Assembly: GCA_030668705.1 (NCBI GenBank)
Contig: DAOVFB010000002.1
Coordinates: 1 to 45,376 of the forward strand
Source of the DNA: Candidatus Stahliibacteriota bacterium
GTDB taxonomy: Bacteria; Hydrothermota; UBA3072
Length of the DNA: 45,376 bases
Direction: 5' to 3'
Shown here: positions 35,463-45,376 of the stretch, piece after piece
How the letters are laid out: each line of letters starts with the position of its first letter
How positions within the stretch are numbered: position 1 is the first letter of the stretch
Translations under genes and position numbers: made by a program
The notes under the pieces: model-generated
What the model saw: only the letters and a program-made list of their open reading frames with translations
Database searches by the model: none
Told to the model about the DNA's origin: nothing

Positions 35463-38400
35463 GTTTCACACATTTGCACGTCCACAGTCATTATTCGATT
35501 CTTGATGGAGCCATTAAGATAGATGATTTAATCTCCCGTGTTAAGGAACTGGATATGGATGCTATAGCTCTGACTGACCATGGTAATATGTTCGGTGCTT
35601 TCGAATTCTATCAGACTGCTGTTAGCAGAAATATAAAGCCAATTATCGGGATGGAAGGATATTTCTCTGTAGAGGGAAGAAAAGAGAAGTCTAAGAATTA
35701 CCATATAACCCTGTGGGCCAAAAATGAAGAGGGATACAAGAACTTGATGAAGTTGTCATCCCTTGCTTATATAGAGGGATTTTACAGGAAACCTCGCATG
35801 GATAAAGAATTACTTCTAAAATATAAAAAGGGGATTATTATCGGAAGCGGATGCAGAAGTGGAATAATACCTGGACATATTGAAGAGGGAAAAACAGAAG
35901 AGGCCCGTAAATATACAGAATATTTCAAGAAAGAATTCGAAGATGACTTCTATATGGAAATAATGAGGGTAGGGATACAGAGGGAAAACGAAATCAATGA
36001 AATCTTGATTTCAATGGCAAGAGAATTTGATGTTCCATTACTTGCAACCAACGACGTTCACTACTTAGGAAAAGAAGATTCAAAGAAACATAATATACTC
36101 CTTGCTCTCCAGACGAAAAAGACAATAAGCGAAGAGAATAAATTCTCACTCCCAACCGATCAATTCTATCTCCGTTCCACCGAGGAAATGGAAGAATTGT
36201 TTAAGGATCTTCCCGAAGCAATTCGTAACACTGAGGAAATTAAAGAAAAATGCATACCTGTCCCATTTGAAACAGATAGGACACTATTGCCTTCCATAGA
36301 AATTCCAAAGGGATTTAAAGGGGCAGAAGAGTATCTTGAATATCTTGCTCTAAAGGGCCTGAAAGAAAAGCTTCTGCGTGTGACTCCTGGAGAGAAAGAA
36401 CGTCTTACCTATGAACTCTCGGTTATAAAAGAGATGGGACTCACAGGTTATTTTCTGATAATAAAAGATATCGTGGATTATGCACGAGAGCATAAAATTC
36501 CAGTGGGTCCAGGCAGAGGCTCAGCTACCAGCAGTCTTGTTTTATATAGTCTTGGCATTACCAATATAAATCCCCTAAAATACGGTTTGATCTTTGAGCG
36601 TTTCTTGAATCCACAGCGAGTCTCGATGGCAGATGTGGACATAGATTTCTCTGATACCAGACGAGATGAAGTGATTCAACATATAAAGGAGAAGTACGGA
36701 GAAAGGAACGTGGCCCAGATAGTCACTTTCAGTATCTTAAAGGCCAGATCGGTTATACGAGATGTAGGTAGAGTCCTTGAAATTCCCTACGGTGAATGCG
36801 ATAAAATAGCTAAAGAAATAGATAGAGATATCTCAATTGAAGATGCCATCAACAAATCAGTGGAACTCAAGGAAAAAATAAACAATAGACCGGACCTGAA
36901 GGAACTTATACAATATGCACAAGGACTGGAAGGGCTAATAAGACAGACCTCTACACATGCAGCAGGTGTAGTCATTGCTCCTGGAGATATTACCGATTAC
37001 GTCCCTTTATTTATAACTAAATCCAACGGAGAAGAGTTAATTTCAACCCAGTTCCCAATGGAAACCCTGGAACGGCTTGGATTACTCAAAGTAGATATAC
37101 TCGGTTTAAAGACACTCTCTGTCATAATGGAGACGCTTAAAAATATTCCACATAAGGTAGACATATATAACCTCCCTAAAAATGATAAAAAGACCTTTGA
37201 ACTATTAAGAAGAGGAGATACTACAGGTGTCTTTCAACTGGAATCATCAGGTATGAAACAAATGCTTCGGAAAATCCAACCTACAAATTTTTCCGACCTG
37301 GTTGCAACAGTGGCACTCTATCGGCCGGGCCCATTGCAGAACATCGATCAAGATGAATTTGCTCTAAAGAAAAAAGGAAAGATGGATGCGGAATATATTC
37401 ATGCCAAATTAAAACCTGTTCTTGAAGAAACTTATGGAATTATGCTATATCAGGAACAGGTGATGAAGATAGCCAATGTAATAGCCAACTTTTCATTGGG
37501 AGAGGCAGATATACTCCGGAAGGCTATGGGTAAAAAGAAACTGGACGTAATGGAATCTATGCAGGAAAAGTTTATTAAAGGCGCAATCAAAAATGGACTC
37601 ACAGAGAAACAGGCACATGAAATATTTAGCGAAATGAGTTCTTTTGCAAGTTACGGTTTTAATAAAGCTCACTCTGTGAGTTATGCTGAAATTGCCTACC
37701 AAACTGCATATCTGAAAGCTCATTACCCTGTTGAATTCTATGCCGCCTCGCTCACCAGTAGTATCGGCCAGGAAATGGAAGATATCAGGAAGTTTATAAA
37801 AGATTCAAGAAAACATGGAATAGAGATAAAACCTCCTGATGTTAATATCTCTATGTACCAATTCGTTCCTGAAGAGAACGCAATTAGATATGGACTGGGA
37901 GGGATTAAAAATGTAGGAGAGAGCGCCGTTATAGCGATAGTAAAAGAAAGAGAAAAAGAAAAATATAAGGACTTTTTTAACTTTGTGGAGCGGGCAGGGG
38001 GAAGATTGGTAAATAAGAAAGTTATAGAAAATACGATAAAAGCAGGATGCTTTGATACGCTTCCAGGGAACCGACATTCACTCCTTTCATCAATACAAAA
38101 AGCCATAGATCAGGCAAAAAAGAAAGGGAAAGGGAAGATGCAATCACTCTTTGGAGAAGAAGATAAGGAACTTATACCTACCCCACCATTTGACCTTGAG
38201 GAGAAGCTCAGGTATGAGCAAGAAGCTCTGGGTTTCTTTTTCTCCGGTCACCCTCTTGCACAGTTTAAGAATCTTACATCCACAGTCTTTACCTCCTCAT
38301 CTAAACTTTCAGAACTGCCGGATAATAAGCTAATTATAAGCGGAGGAGTGATTACAAATTTAGAAAAAAAGACATCCAGTAAAAACCGCCGCTGGGCAAA

Positions 38401-38824
38401 ACTTACAGTTGAAGACATGGATGGAAATTATTCAGTTCTCATCTTTCCAAAACTATTCAAAGAGATAGGCGACAAATTAAGTTCATTCCAGAACATTGCT
38501 GTAAAGGGACGCGTGAAAGATGGCAAACAGGGCTCCTTATCCGAAATAAACGCCGAAATGATAATCCCCCTCGGAGACATAGAGAATTACCTGAAGGCCG
38601 CTTATTTAATCCTGCACTTTTCGCGCTTAGAGGAAGAAGATATACAGGGAATAAAAAGAGTGCTTTTAGAAAATCCTGGTAAATTACCTTTAAGATTTTT
38701 ATGTAGGGATAAAGGAAGTGAGATACGATTGGAATCGAGAGATATAAAGGTAAAACCGACTGAGGAAATGATAGAGAAAATTTTAAAGATAGTGGGAGAA
38801 GGTAATATTAGATTCACAATATAA
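35459..38824 (+). CDS. dnaE: DNA polymerase III alpha subunit
   Basis: PHP motifs HLHVHS/TDHG/NDVH; GPGRGSA, FERFLNP.R, DVDIDF, HAAGVV, KVDILGL, YGFNKAH; OB fold. Confidence 0.98.
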   Translation: MSFTHLHVHSHYSILDGAIKIDDLISRVKELDMDAIALTDHGNMFGAFEFYQTAVSRNIKPIIGMEGYFSVEGRKEKSKNYHITLWAKNEEGYKNLMKLSSLAYIEGFYRKPRMDKELLLKYKKGIIIGSGCRSGIIPGHIEEGKTEEARKYTEYFKKEFEDDFYMEIMRVGIQRENEINEILISMAREFDVPLLATNDVHYLGKEDSKKHNILLALQTKKTISEENKFSLPTDQFYLRSTEEMEELFKDLPEAIRNTEEIKEKCIPVPFETDRTLLPSIEIPKGFKGAEEYLEYLALKGLKEKLLRVTPGEKERLTYELSVIKEMGLTGYFLIIKDIVDYAREHKIPVGPGRGSATSSLVLYSLGITNINPLKYGLIFERFLNPQRVSMADVDIDFSDTRRDEVIQHIKEKYGERNVAQIVTFSILKARSVIRDVGRVLEIPYGECDKIAKEIDRDISIEDAINKSVELKEKINNRPDLKELIQYAQGLEGLIRQTSTHAAGVVIAPGDITDYVPLFITKSNGEELISTQFPMETLERLGLLKVDILGLKTLSVIMETLKNIPHKVDIYNLPKNDKKTFELLRRGDTTGVFQLESSGMKQMLRKIQPTNFSDLVATVALYRPGPLQNIDQDEFALKKKGKMDAEYIHAKLKPVLEETYGIMLYQEQVMKIANVIANFSLGEADILRKAMGKKKLDVMESMQEKFIKGAIKNGLTEKQAHEIFSEMSSFASYGFNKAHSVSYAEIAYQTAYLKAHYPVEFYAASLTSSIGQEMEDIRKFIKDSRKHGIEIKPPDVNISMYQFVPEENAIRYGLGGIKNVGESAVIAIVKEREKEKYKDFFNFVERAGGRLVNKKVIENTIKAGCFDTLPGNRHSLLSSIQKAIDQAKKKGKGKMQSLFGEEDKELIPTPPFDLEEKLRYEQEALGFFFSGHPLAQFKNLTSTVFTSSSKLSELPDNKLIISGGVITNLEKKTSSKNRRWAKLTVEDMDGNYSVLIFPKLFKEIGDKLSSFQNIAVKGRVKDGKQGSLSEINAEMIIPLGDIENYLKAAYLILHFSRLEEEDIQGIKRVLLENPGKLPLRFLCRDKGSEIRLESRDIKVKPTEEMIEKILKIVGEGNIRFTI

Positions 38825-38858
38825 ATTTCCCAATATAAACAAATAAAACGGAGGGACC

Positions 38859-39494
38859 ATGGCTATATTGATACTTTCTTTCATAACCAGTTATAACCAA
38901 CCAACCCTGGGAGTTGATAACCCACTGCCAGTGCTCTTAAACCATGGAGAAGTTTATATCCAGATAAAGAATGAACCCATTAATAAGCTGCGGACAAAGA
39001 TAGGAGTAGGGATCTGGAACAGTATATTTCTGGGGATTAGTTACGGAGGGGGAAACCTCGTCGGCTACGGAGATATAGAATGGGAGGAGCAACCAGCTCT
39101 TGATTTCAGAATACGGTTATTCGAAGCAGGGGGGATAGAAAGCGTAATAGGATTCAATAATGAACCGATAGAAAATTATATTGGAAAGGGAGTATTCTGT
39201 GTAGTTGGGTATCGAATGTACCTTGGTGGCCTCCGATTACTTTTAAGCGGGGGTGGGAACTATAACACTACAGAAAATGGGGCTGATCTATTCGCAAATC
39301 TTGCAATGAATATAAACGGCCCCCATACATTCCATGTAGAATATATCCTTGGAGCAAATGATGTGGAGAAGAATCGTCTTCATATTGGCTATAGAATACA
39401 ATCCGGGGCTCTTGGCGTACAGATGGACCTTAAGGATATTTTATCAGGTGATTTGGGAAGACAAATACAGATATTCTACAGGGAGAACTTTTAA
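38859..39494 (+). CDS. Hypothetical exported protein, probable outer-membrane beta-barrel
   Basis: GGAGG Shine-Dalgarno; short signal-like N-terminus; alternating hydrophobic/Gly strands; C-terminal Phe (YRENF). Confidence 0.6.
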   Translation: MAILILSFITSYNQPTLGVDNPLPVLLNHGEVYIQIKNEPINKLRTKIGVGIWNSIFLGISYGGGNLVGYGDIEWEEQPALDFRIRLFEAGGIESVIGFNNEPIENYIGKGVFCVVGYRMYLGGLRLLLSGGGNYNTTENGADLFANLAMNINGPHTFHVEYILGANDVEKNRLHIGYRIQSGALGVQMDLKDILSGDLGRQIQIFYRENF

Positions 39495-39505
39495 AAGAAG
39501 GAAAA

Positions 39506-40699
39506 ATGAATACAGCACTTATTGGCCTGCAATGGGGGGATGAAGGTAAGGGAAAACTAATAGATTATATAGCAGACTCTTTTGATGTGGTTTGCCGATA
39601 CCAGGGTGGTGCTAATGCCGGACATACAGTAATATTCGAGGATAATAAAATCTCTCTTCATCTAATACCCTCTGGCATATTTCATCCGGATAAAGTTTGC
39701 ATAATAGGAAATGGAACTGTAATCGATATCGAACAACTCGTGAGAGAATTAAACGAACTAAAGGAAATTGGAATCGGGTTCGAGGATAGATTCTATATCA
39801 GTAAAAGAGCACATATCATCCAACCCGCTCACTTTCTCATAGAAAAAGACATAAAGAAAGAGATTGGAACTACAGGAAAGGGAATTGGACCCGCTTATGC
39901 AGATAAAATGAGTCGAGGCGGCATCAGGATGGGTGATATCTTCAACTCAGAATATCTTCAGAAATTTGGAATATCCAGTGATTTTATCGAGACACTAACA
40001 GAATTTCGGGAAAAGTATGGTCACTTTATAGTCAATACAGTAGAGCTGTTACACAGCTTTGCTAAGAAAAAGAAGAAGATACTCTTTGAAGGCGCTCAGG
40101 GTGTTATGCTGGACATAGACTTCGGGACTTATCCCTTTGTCACTTCATCCAACCCAACACCAGGAGGTATCTTTACAGGAACCGGAGCTTCCCCCTTCTC
40201 TGTCTCTCGAATAATAGGGGTTACAAAAGCATATTCCACCAGGGTCGGCAAGGGCCCATTTCCTACGGAGATGAGTGATAAGCTTCAAAACCAAATCAGA
40301 GAATCTGGCGGAGAATATGGTGCCACGACTGGAAGACCCAGAAGATGTGGATACCTGGATCTTGTATCCCTCAAATATGCAGTTCAAATCACCGGAATAA
40401 CAGAACTGGCTCTTAGCAAAATCGATGTGCTGGATGGACTTGGTGAAGTAAAATTGGCTACCGAATACAAGATAGACGGCAAAACAATAGACAGGTTTCC
40501 TCCCGAGATATGGAAGGTAGAACGCGCTAAACCTATTTATAAAAGTTTCCCGGGATGGAAAAACACAAAGGGGATAAACGAATATAGGAAGCTGCCAGAA
40601 GAAGCAAAAGAATATATAAGTTATATTGAAGACTTTTTAGGTAGCAAAATATCAATGATATCAACAGGAAGGAAAAGAGGTGATTTAATAAGTGTTTAA
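39506..40699 (+). CDS. purA: Adenylosuccinate synthetase
   Basis: GLQWGDEGKGK, GGANAGHT, GTTGKGIGPAY, EGAQG, GTYPFVTSS, GATTGRPRRCG. Confidence 0.98.
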   Translation: MNTALIGLQWGDEGKGKLIDYIADSFDVVCRYQGGANAGHTVIFEDNKISLHLIPSGIFHPDKVCIIGNGTVIDIEQLVRELNELKEIGIGFEDRFYISKRAHIIQPAHFLIEKDIKKEIGTTGKGIGPAYADKMSRGGIRMGDIFNSEYLQKFGISSDFIETLTEFREKYGHFIVNTVELLHSFAKKKKKILFEGAQGVMLDIDFGTYPFVTSSNPTPGGIFTGTGASPFSVSRIIGVTKAYSTRVGKGPFPTEMSDKLQNQIRESGGEYGATTGRPRRCGYLDLVSLKYAVQITGITELALSKIDVLDGLGEVKLATEYKIDGKTIDRFPPEIWKVERAKPIYKSFPGWKNTKGINEYRKLPEEAKEYISYIEDFLGSKISMISTGRKRGDLISV

Positions 40700-43600
40700 T
40701 GTTCTAAAGAAAGTAATACCATCACATAACGAACGCGTATTAAAAGGACTTTATCCAATCGTTGATGAAATAAATAGAAAGTGGGAGGGGTTTAAAAAAC
40801 TAAAGGAAGAGGACCTACCAGGAAAAACAGAGGAATTCAAACAAAGATTAAAAGAAGGTGAAACGGTTGATAATTTAATAGTAGAGGCTTTTGCACTTGT
40901 AAAAAGAACATGTGAACTTATGCTGGGCAAATCCTGGATGATTACAGGCTTAGAATGGGAATGGGGAATGATTCCGTTTGATGTCCAGTTAGTCGGAGCC
41001 ATAGTCCTCCATCAGGGAAATATTGCAGAAATGAAAACAGGAGAGGGTAAAACCCTTGCCGCTACAATGCCTCTATACCTCAACGCACTTTCCGGGAAAG
41101 GGGCTCATCTGGTAACTGTAAACGATTATTTGGCAAGAAGGGACCGAGAATGGATGGGGCCCATCTATGAAGCCCTTGGGTTAACAGTAGGAGTCATACA
41201 AAGCGAGATGAAACCCGAAGAGAGGATAGTAGAATACAACTGCGATATCACCTACGGAACCAACAATGAGTTTGGATTTGATTATCTAAGAGACAATATG
41301 GCAGTAATTCCAGAATACCGCGTCCAGCGAGGGCATAATTATGCTATAGTCGACGAAGTAGACTCTGTACTTATCGATGAAGCAAGAACCCCTTTGATTA
41401 TCTCTGGCCCGGTGCAACACTCAGTGACACGGCAATATGAAGAAATAAAGCCAGCTGTGGAAGAGATGGTTCACAAACAGACACTTATGTCAAACAGACT
41501 GATTGCAGAAGCCAAGGTACTATTTAAAGAAGGGAAAGAAAAAGAAGCAGGGGAAAATTTACTTCTGGCTAAAAGGGGGGCCCCAAAAAACAAGCAATTG
41601 TTAAAACTCCTGCATGATCCAGACCTTGAACAATTAGTACTGATTACAGAGTCCAGATATATCAAAGATAAAAACATGCACGAGATAGATGAACAATTAT
41701 ATTTCTCCATTGATGAAAGAGAGCATTCAACAAATATATCGGAAAAAGGACAGGACCTGATTACCCGAAGAGAACGTGAAAATTTTTTCCTATTACCAGA
41801 TTTATCCATACAACTGCATGAAATAGAGAATGACAAATCCCTCTCATCCAGAGAAATGATAGTGGAAAAAGAAGCCATTGAACGTGAATACGCGGAGAAA
41901 TCAGAGAGAATACATGCAGCAAATCAGCTTACCAAAGCCTATGCTTTATTTGAGAAGGACGTTGAATATATAGTAAAACAGGGAAGAATACTAATTGTAG
42001 ATGAATTTACAGGACGCCTCATGCCAGGACGGAGATACTCAGACGGTCTCCATCAAGCACTGGAAGCAAAAGAAAAAGTGGAAGTAGAACGGGAAACACA
42101 GACCTTCGCTCAGATAACCCTCCAGAATTACTTTAAGATGTATGATAAACTTTCAGGCATGACAGGAACAGCTGCCACAGAAGCAGCGGAATTCACGGAC
42201 ATCTACGGACTGGATGTAGTGCAGATACCAACTAATAAACCTGTTCGGAGAATTAATTACGAAGACCTTATCTACCGAACAAGAAGAGAAAAATACAACG
42301 CAATAATAAAAAAAATCAAGGAATTACATAAAAATGGTCTTCCTATTCTTGTAGGTACAGTCTCTGTTGATGTTTCCGAACTCCTCTCAAGGATGTTAAA
42401 GAGAGAAGGAATCCCGCACCAAGTCTTGAACGCGAAATACCATGAGAAAGAATCAAAGGTTATAAGTCATGCAGGCGAAAAGGGCCAGGTTACCATTGCT
42501 ACCAACATGGCAGGAAGAGGGACCGATATAAAATTGGCAAGAGAGATAGTAAAATGTGATGAATGTAGTTTAAAACTTGAGGAGGGACAGAAACCCCCTG
42601 AAGATATTGATGTCAATGCGTGCAAAGAAAATGTACCCTGTGGCCTACATGTTGTTGGAACCTCAAGACATGAGGCGAGAAGAATTGATAATCAGCTACG
42701 TGGACGTTCAGGAAGGCAGGGGGATCCTGGTGCTTCTCGATTTTATGTATCCCTGGAAGACAATCTCATGCGTATTTTTGCAACCGAAAGGATAGCTCAT
42801 GCTATGGATAGGATGGGTATCGAGGAGGGAGAGCCAGTAAAGCATCCTCTTATCTCAAAAGCTATAGAGAATGCCCAGAAACGCGTAGAACGAATGAATT
42901 TCGATATAAGAAAGAGATTACTTGAATTTGACGACGTGATGAACAAGCAAAGAGAGGTTATCTATAAAATAAGAAATGATATACTGGATGGTAAGGATCT
43001 TAGAAACAGCGTGATAGAATGGATAGAGGATACCCTCTATGAAACAATAGATTCTTACCTCTCTGGAAAATATCCCGATGAGTGGGACTGGGATGGCTTT
43101 AAAACTGACCTGATAGAATTTTTCCTGCTCGATTTTGATTTAGGTAAAGAGGAGAGAGCGCGAATTGACAAAAAGAAACTTGAAGAGGACCTGGAAAAAT
43201 TAGTTGAGGCACGCTACAATGAGAAAGAAAAAATGATTGGTGAAGAAATGATGAGAGAATTCGAACGTCTAATCATCCTCAGGGTAATAGATAACCAATG
43301 GCGTGACCATCTGTATGAATTGGACGCACTAAGGGAAGGTATAAACTTACGAAGTTTTGCACAAAAGGATCCACTTGTAGAGTACAAACGGGAATCCTTT
43401 ACAATGTTTGAGTATCTCCTCTTAAATATAGCTAAATCGTCAGTGAGACTATTATACCGTTTCCGCCCAGAGGCAGTAGAGGTACCGAAAGAAATTCGAG
43501 GAGTTGAGGTAAAGGAAGAATTTCAAGGGGTCGAGATGAAAGAGGAAAAGAAAGTAAAAGTGCCTACGGAAGAAATACCAACCATAGGGAATCCTGAACT

Positions 43601-43736
43601 GGATGAAAAATTCCGAAAAGCTATTGAAGAATTAAGGATGAAAGGTAGGGGTATGAAAGATATTGGAAGGAATGATAGGTGTCCTTGCGGAAGTGGAAAG
43701 AAATTCAAGAAATGTCATGGGAAATGGGTAAAATAA
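40692..43736 (+). CDS. secA: Preprotein translocase ATPase SecA
   Basis: MKTGEGKT, VTVNDYLA, DEVDSVLIDEARTPLIISG, TNMAGRGTDI, QLRGRSGRQGDPG; SEC-C motif GRNDRCPCGSGKKFKKCHG. Confidence 0.98.
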   Translation: MFNVLKKVIPSHNERVLKGLYPIVDEINRKWEGFKKLKEEDLPGKTEEFKQRLKEGETVDNLIVEAFALVKRTCELMLGKSWMITGLEWEWGMIPFDVQLVGAIVLHQGNIAEMKTGEGKTLAATMPLYLNALSGKGAHLVTVNDYLARRDREWMGPIYEALGLTVGVIQSEMKPEERIVEYNCDITYGTNNEFGFDYLRDNMAVIPEYRVQRGHNYAIVDEVDSVLIDEARTPLIISGPVQHSVTRQYEEIKPAVEEMVHKQTLMSNRLIAEAKVLFKEGKEKEAGENLLLAKRGAPKNKQLLKLLHDPDLEQLVLITESRYIKDKNMHEIDEQLYFSIDEREHSTNISEKGQDLITRRERENFFLLPDLSIQLHEIENDKSLSSREMIVEKEAIEREYAEKSERIHAANQLTKAYALFEKDVEYIVKQGRILIVDEFTGRLMPGRRYSDGLHQALEAKEKVEVERETQTFAQITLQNYFKMYDKLSGMTGTAATEAAEFTDIYGLDVVQIPTNKPVRRINYEDLIYRTRREKYNAIIKKIKELHKNGLPILVGTVSVDVSELLSRMLKREGIPHQVLNAKYHEKESKVISHAGEKGQVTIATNMAGRGTDIKLAREIVKCDECSLKLEEGQKPPEDIDVNACKENVPCGLHVVGTSRHEARRIDNQLRGRSGRQGDPGASRFYVSLEDNLMRIFATERIAHAMDRMGIEEGEPVKHPLISKAIENAQKRVERMNFDIRKRLLEFDDVMNKQREVIYKIRNDILDGKDLRNSVIEWIEDTLYETIDSYLSGKYPDEWDWDGFKTDLIEFFLLDFDLGKEERARIDKKKLEEDLEKLVEARYNEKEKMIGEEMMREFERLIILRVIDNQWRDHLYELDALREGINLRSFAQKDPLVEYKRESFTMFEYLLLNIAKSSVRLLYRFRPEAVEVPKEIRGVEVKEEFQGVEMKEEKKVKVPTEEIPTIGNPELDEKFRKAIEELRMKGRGMKDIGRNDRCPCGSGKKFKKCHGKWVK

Positions 43737-44443
43737 TGGATAGGAATAAAGTCTGGAAAGAAGTTCGATCCTGGTTAGTGGCTATCGGATTCCTTCTCTT
43801 CCTTCGTGGGTTTATCATTCAAACATTTCATGTCCCTTCGGGTTCAATGGAGCATACCATCCTGATAGGTGATTTCCTTATTATTAACAGATTGAAATAT
43901 GGAGTAAAACTTCCATTCACTGATCGGTATCTCATAAAAACAGCAAGACCTAAAAGGGGCGACATCATCGTATTTCGTTACCCAATCCAGAAGAGAGGAA
44001 TAATGACCACTAACTTTGTCAAAAGATGTGTAGCCATCGAAGGTGACACAGTATATATAAAACACAAACAATTATATATAAACGGGAAACAGGAAGAGGC
44101 GGATTTTGTATTATTCATAGATCAAAAAGAATATCCACCTCTTGATCTGGATAAAGATACCTTCCAAAAATTATGGGAGAGAAGAAAGCTCACTCGATAT
44201 CCCTATGTCAGAGATAATTTTGGACCCATTGTAGTTCCTAAGGATTACGTTCTTGCGTTAGGTGACAATCGGGACAATTCTGATGATTCCCGATTCTGGG
44301 GCCCTGTCCCTGTTGACTATATCTCGGGAACCCCAATGTTTGTATACTGGTCCTGGAGACCAAATATCTCTTTAAGTAACCTATGGAGGAAAATACGCTG
44401 GGAAAGAATAGGGAAAATATTCTCATGCCCTCCGGAGTTGTGA
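43736..44443 (+). CDS. lepB: Signal peptidase I
   Basis: VPSGSMEHT...GD, FVKR, GDNRDNSDDSRFWG; start placed at the TAATG overlap with secA (ORF track start 43679). Confidence 0.93.
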   Translation: MDRNKVWKEVRSWLVAIGFLLFLRGFIIQTFHVPSGSMEHTILIGDFLIINRLKYGVKLPFTDRYLIKTARPKRGDIIVFRYPIQKRGIMTTNFVKRCVAIEGDTVYIKHKQLYINGKQEEADFVLFIDQKEYPPLDLDKDTFQKLWERRKLTRYPYVRDNFGPIVVPKDYVLALGDNRDNSDDSRFWGPVPVDYISGTPMFVYWSWRPNISLSNLWRKIRWERIGKIFSCPPEL

Positions 44444-45138
44444 TAAATAGAAAAAATCTACTCATATTTGATTTAGATGGGACAATAATAAATGTATTCG
44501 GGTGCGGCAGGAAAGCATTGGATACAACTATGAGGATAATGTATGGAATAAAGGGGGCTGGGGAAAAACTGGATTTCTCTTCATCCACTGATTATGGCGT
44601 TTTCTTAAGATTAATCGAACAGTTCAACCTAAATGAAATTTTCTTTAATAGAATTGAAGAATTCTATTCTATCTATTCCAAGGAACTCAAAGAAGAGATA
44701 GAAAAGAATGCTGGCTCAAGACTTCTGCCTGGCTTAACCGAACTGCTTGATTACTTCTTCCAGGAACCATCGTTCTATCTTGCACTTGCCACCGGAAATA
44801 TGAAAGTTGGAGCAAGAACAAAATTGGCCCACTTCGGGCTCGAGGAATATTTTCCGGTGGGTGGATTTGGGGACCACGCAAAGAGTAAAAAAGATGTTAT
44901 CTCCACCACATTCCAAAAAGCAAGTGAATTCTATGGGGAAAAATTCAAAAATGATGAGGTCTTTGTTATAGGTGATACCACAATGGATATAGATGCAGCA
45001 AAGAACTTTGAATTTCATTCCATTGCAGTCGCCACAGGATTCGAGGAAAAAGAAAAACTCATTCAGGCTAATCCCGATTGGCTATTTGACAATATCTCAT
45101 CTACCTCTGAATTCTTAAAAGTCATAAGTAATCTTTAG
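44440..45138 (+). CDS. HAD-superfamily hydrolase
   Basis: IFDLDGT, LATGN, IGDT..D, VATG. Start uncertain (44383, 44425, or the GTGA overlap at 44440). Confidence 0.88.
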   Translation: MINRKNLLIFDLDGTIINVFGCGRKALDTTMRIMYGIKGAGEKLDFSSSTDYGVFLRLIEQFNLNEIFFNRIEEFYSIYSKELKEEIEKNAGSRLLPGLTELLDYFFQEPSFYLALATGNMKVGARTKLAHFGLEEYFPVGGFGDHAKSKKDVISTTFQKASEFYGEKFKNDEVFVIGDTTMDIDAAKNFEFHSIAVATGFEEKEKLIQANPDWLFDNISSTSEFLKVISNL

Positions 45139-45276
45139 CTAATTTAGTTCCTGACTCAACCAAATTTCTCCTTTTACATTTAAATTTTCCCTTATATCCT
45201 AACTTTAATGGGGGAAGGTTAGAGGAATATTGTTGCAATAAAAAGTCTAAAAAGTTCAGCCTATGAACGAGTAAAG

Positions 45277-45304
45277 AAAAGTGTGACATTCATGTCACAC
45301 TTTT
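45277..45304. other. Perfect 13-bp-arm inverted repeat (operator site or bidirectional terminator-like hairpin)
   Basis: AAAAGTGTGACAT-TC-ATGTCACACTTTT. Confidence 0.7.
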
Positions 45305-45376
45305 AGACCCTCAAGAATTCTTAAGGAGTTACCTATCAGTGAGTTAGTTTTTTGGCACAAAATTTGTACTATATTT

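Noticed and set aside
35459-38824. Intein or intron in dnaE (also checked polA and secA)
   Set aside because: Protein lengths are normal, motifs are contiguous, and no intein splice or homing-endonuclease motifs are visible.
2153-43736. Alternative genetic code as the explanation for multiple lost catalytic residues
   Set aside because: The unusual residues use unrelated codons (GTT, GCG, AAT, TCT, TGT, TCA), conserved proteins such as PurA and DnaE translate normally, and TAA, TAG and TGA all serve as stops.
146-45018. Numerous 60-170 aa ORFs antisense to or nested within the called genes (e.g. 8234-8674, 21814-22323, 27551-28000, 41471-41878)
   Set aside because: They are shadow ORFs overlapping well-supported genes, with Ser/Phe/Ile-rich antisense composition and no motifs.
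45185-45228. Weak hairpin TCCTAACTT...AAGGTTAGAGGA after the HAD gene
   Set aside because: Pairing is imperfect and there is no U-tract; insufficient to call a terminator or repeat element.

Overview
Gene-dense, AT-rich bacterial chromosomal window of mostly housekeeping genes. The GWxTD proteins, DUF2723-like domain and long SecA suggest an FCB-superphylum or candidate-phylum organism, but that is inference only. Gene order: small exported protein, TPR protein, aminotransferase-fold protein, rpoD-dnaG (minus), a 1.1-kb non-coding repeat mosaic, polA, lipoprotein, DUF123 nuclease, rsmA, DUF4015, DUF1015, an SPFH/zinc-ribbon membrane operon, DUF1858, two GWxTD proteins, a pilB-pilB-pilT-pilC-pilS-pilR cluster, MBL hydrolase, SLBB export protein, DUF502-corC-dnaE, a putative beta-barrel protein, and purA-secA-lepB-HAD. 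I see no rRNA, tRNA, CRISPR array, transposase or integrase. Four things stand out. (1) The dnaG/polA intergenic region is a patchwork of about a dozen different 7-10 bp tandem-repeat modules, several reused as near-identical 30-56 bp blocks (one also downstream of polA), plus two GTAG-type REP palindromes; it may be a landing pad of empty sites for uncharacterised repeat-flanked elements. (2) At least five genes have a -10 box 6-7 nt before the start codon, implying frequent leaderless mRNAs. (3) Several proteins have lost normally invariant residues (aminotransferase PLP lysine, RsmA NLPY, Asp boxes of one PilB paralog, RpoD region 2). (4) A PspA-less SPFH plus triple zinc-ribbon operon. All calls come from reading motifs by eye; no database searches were run.
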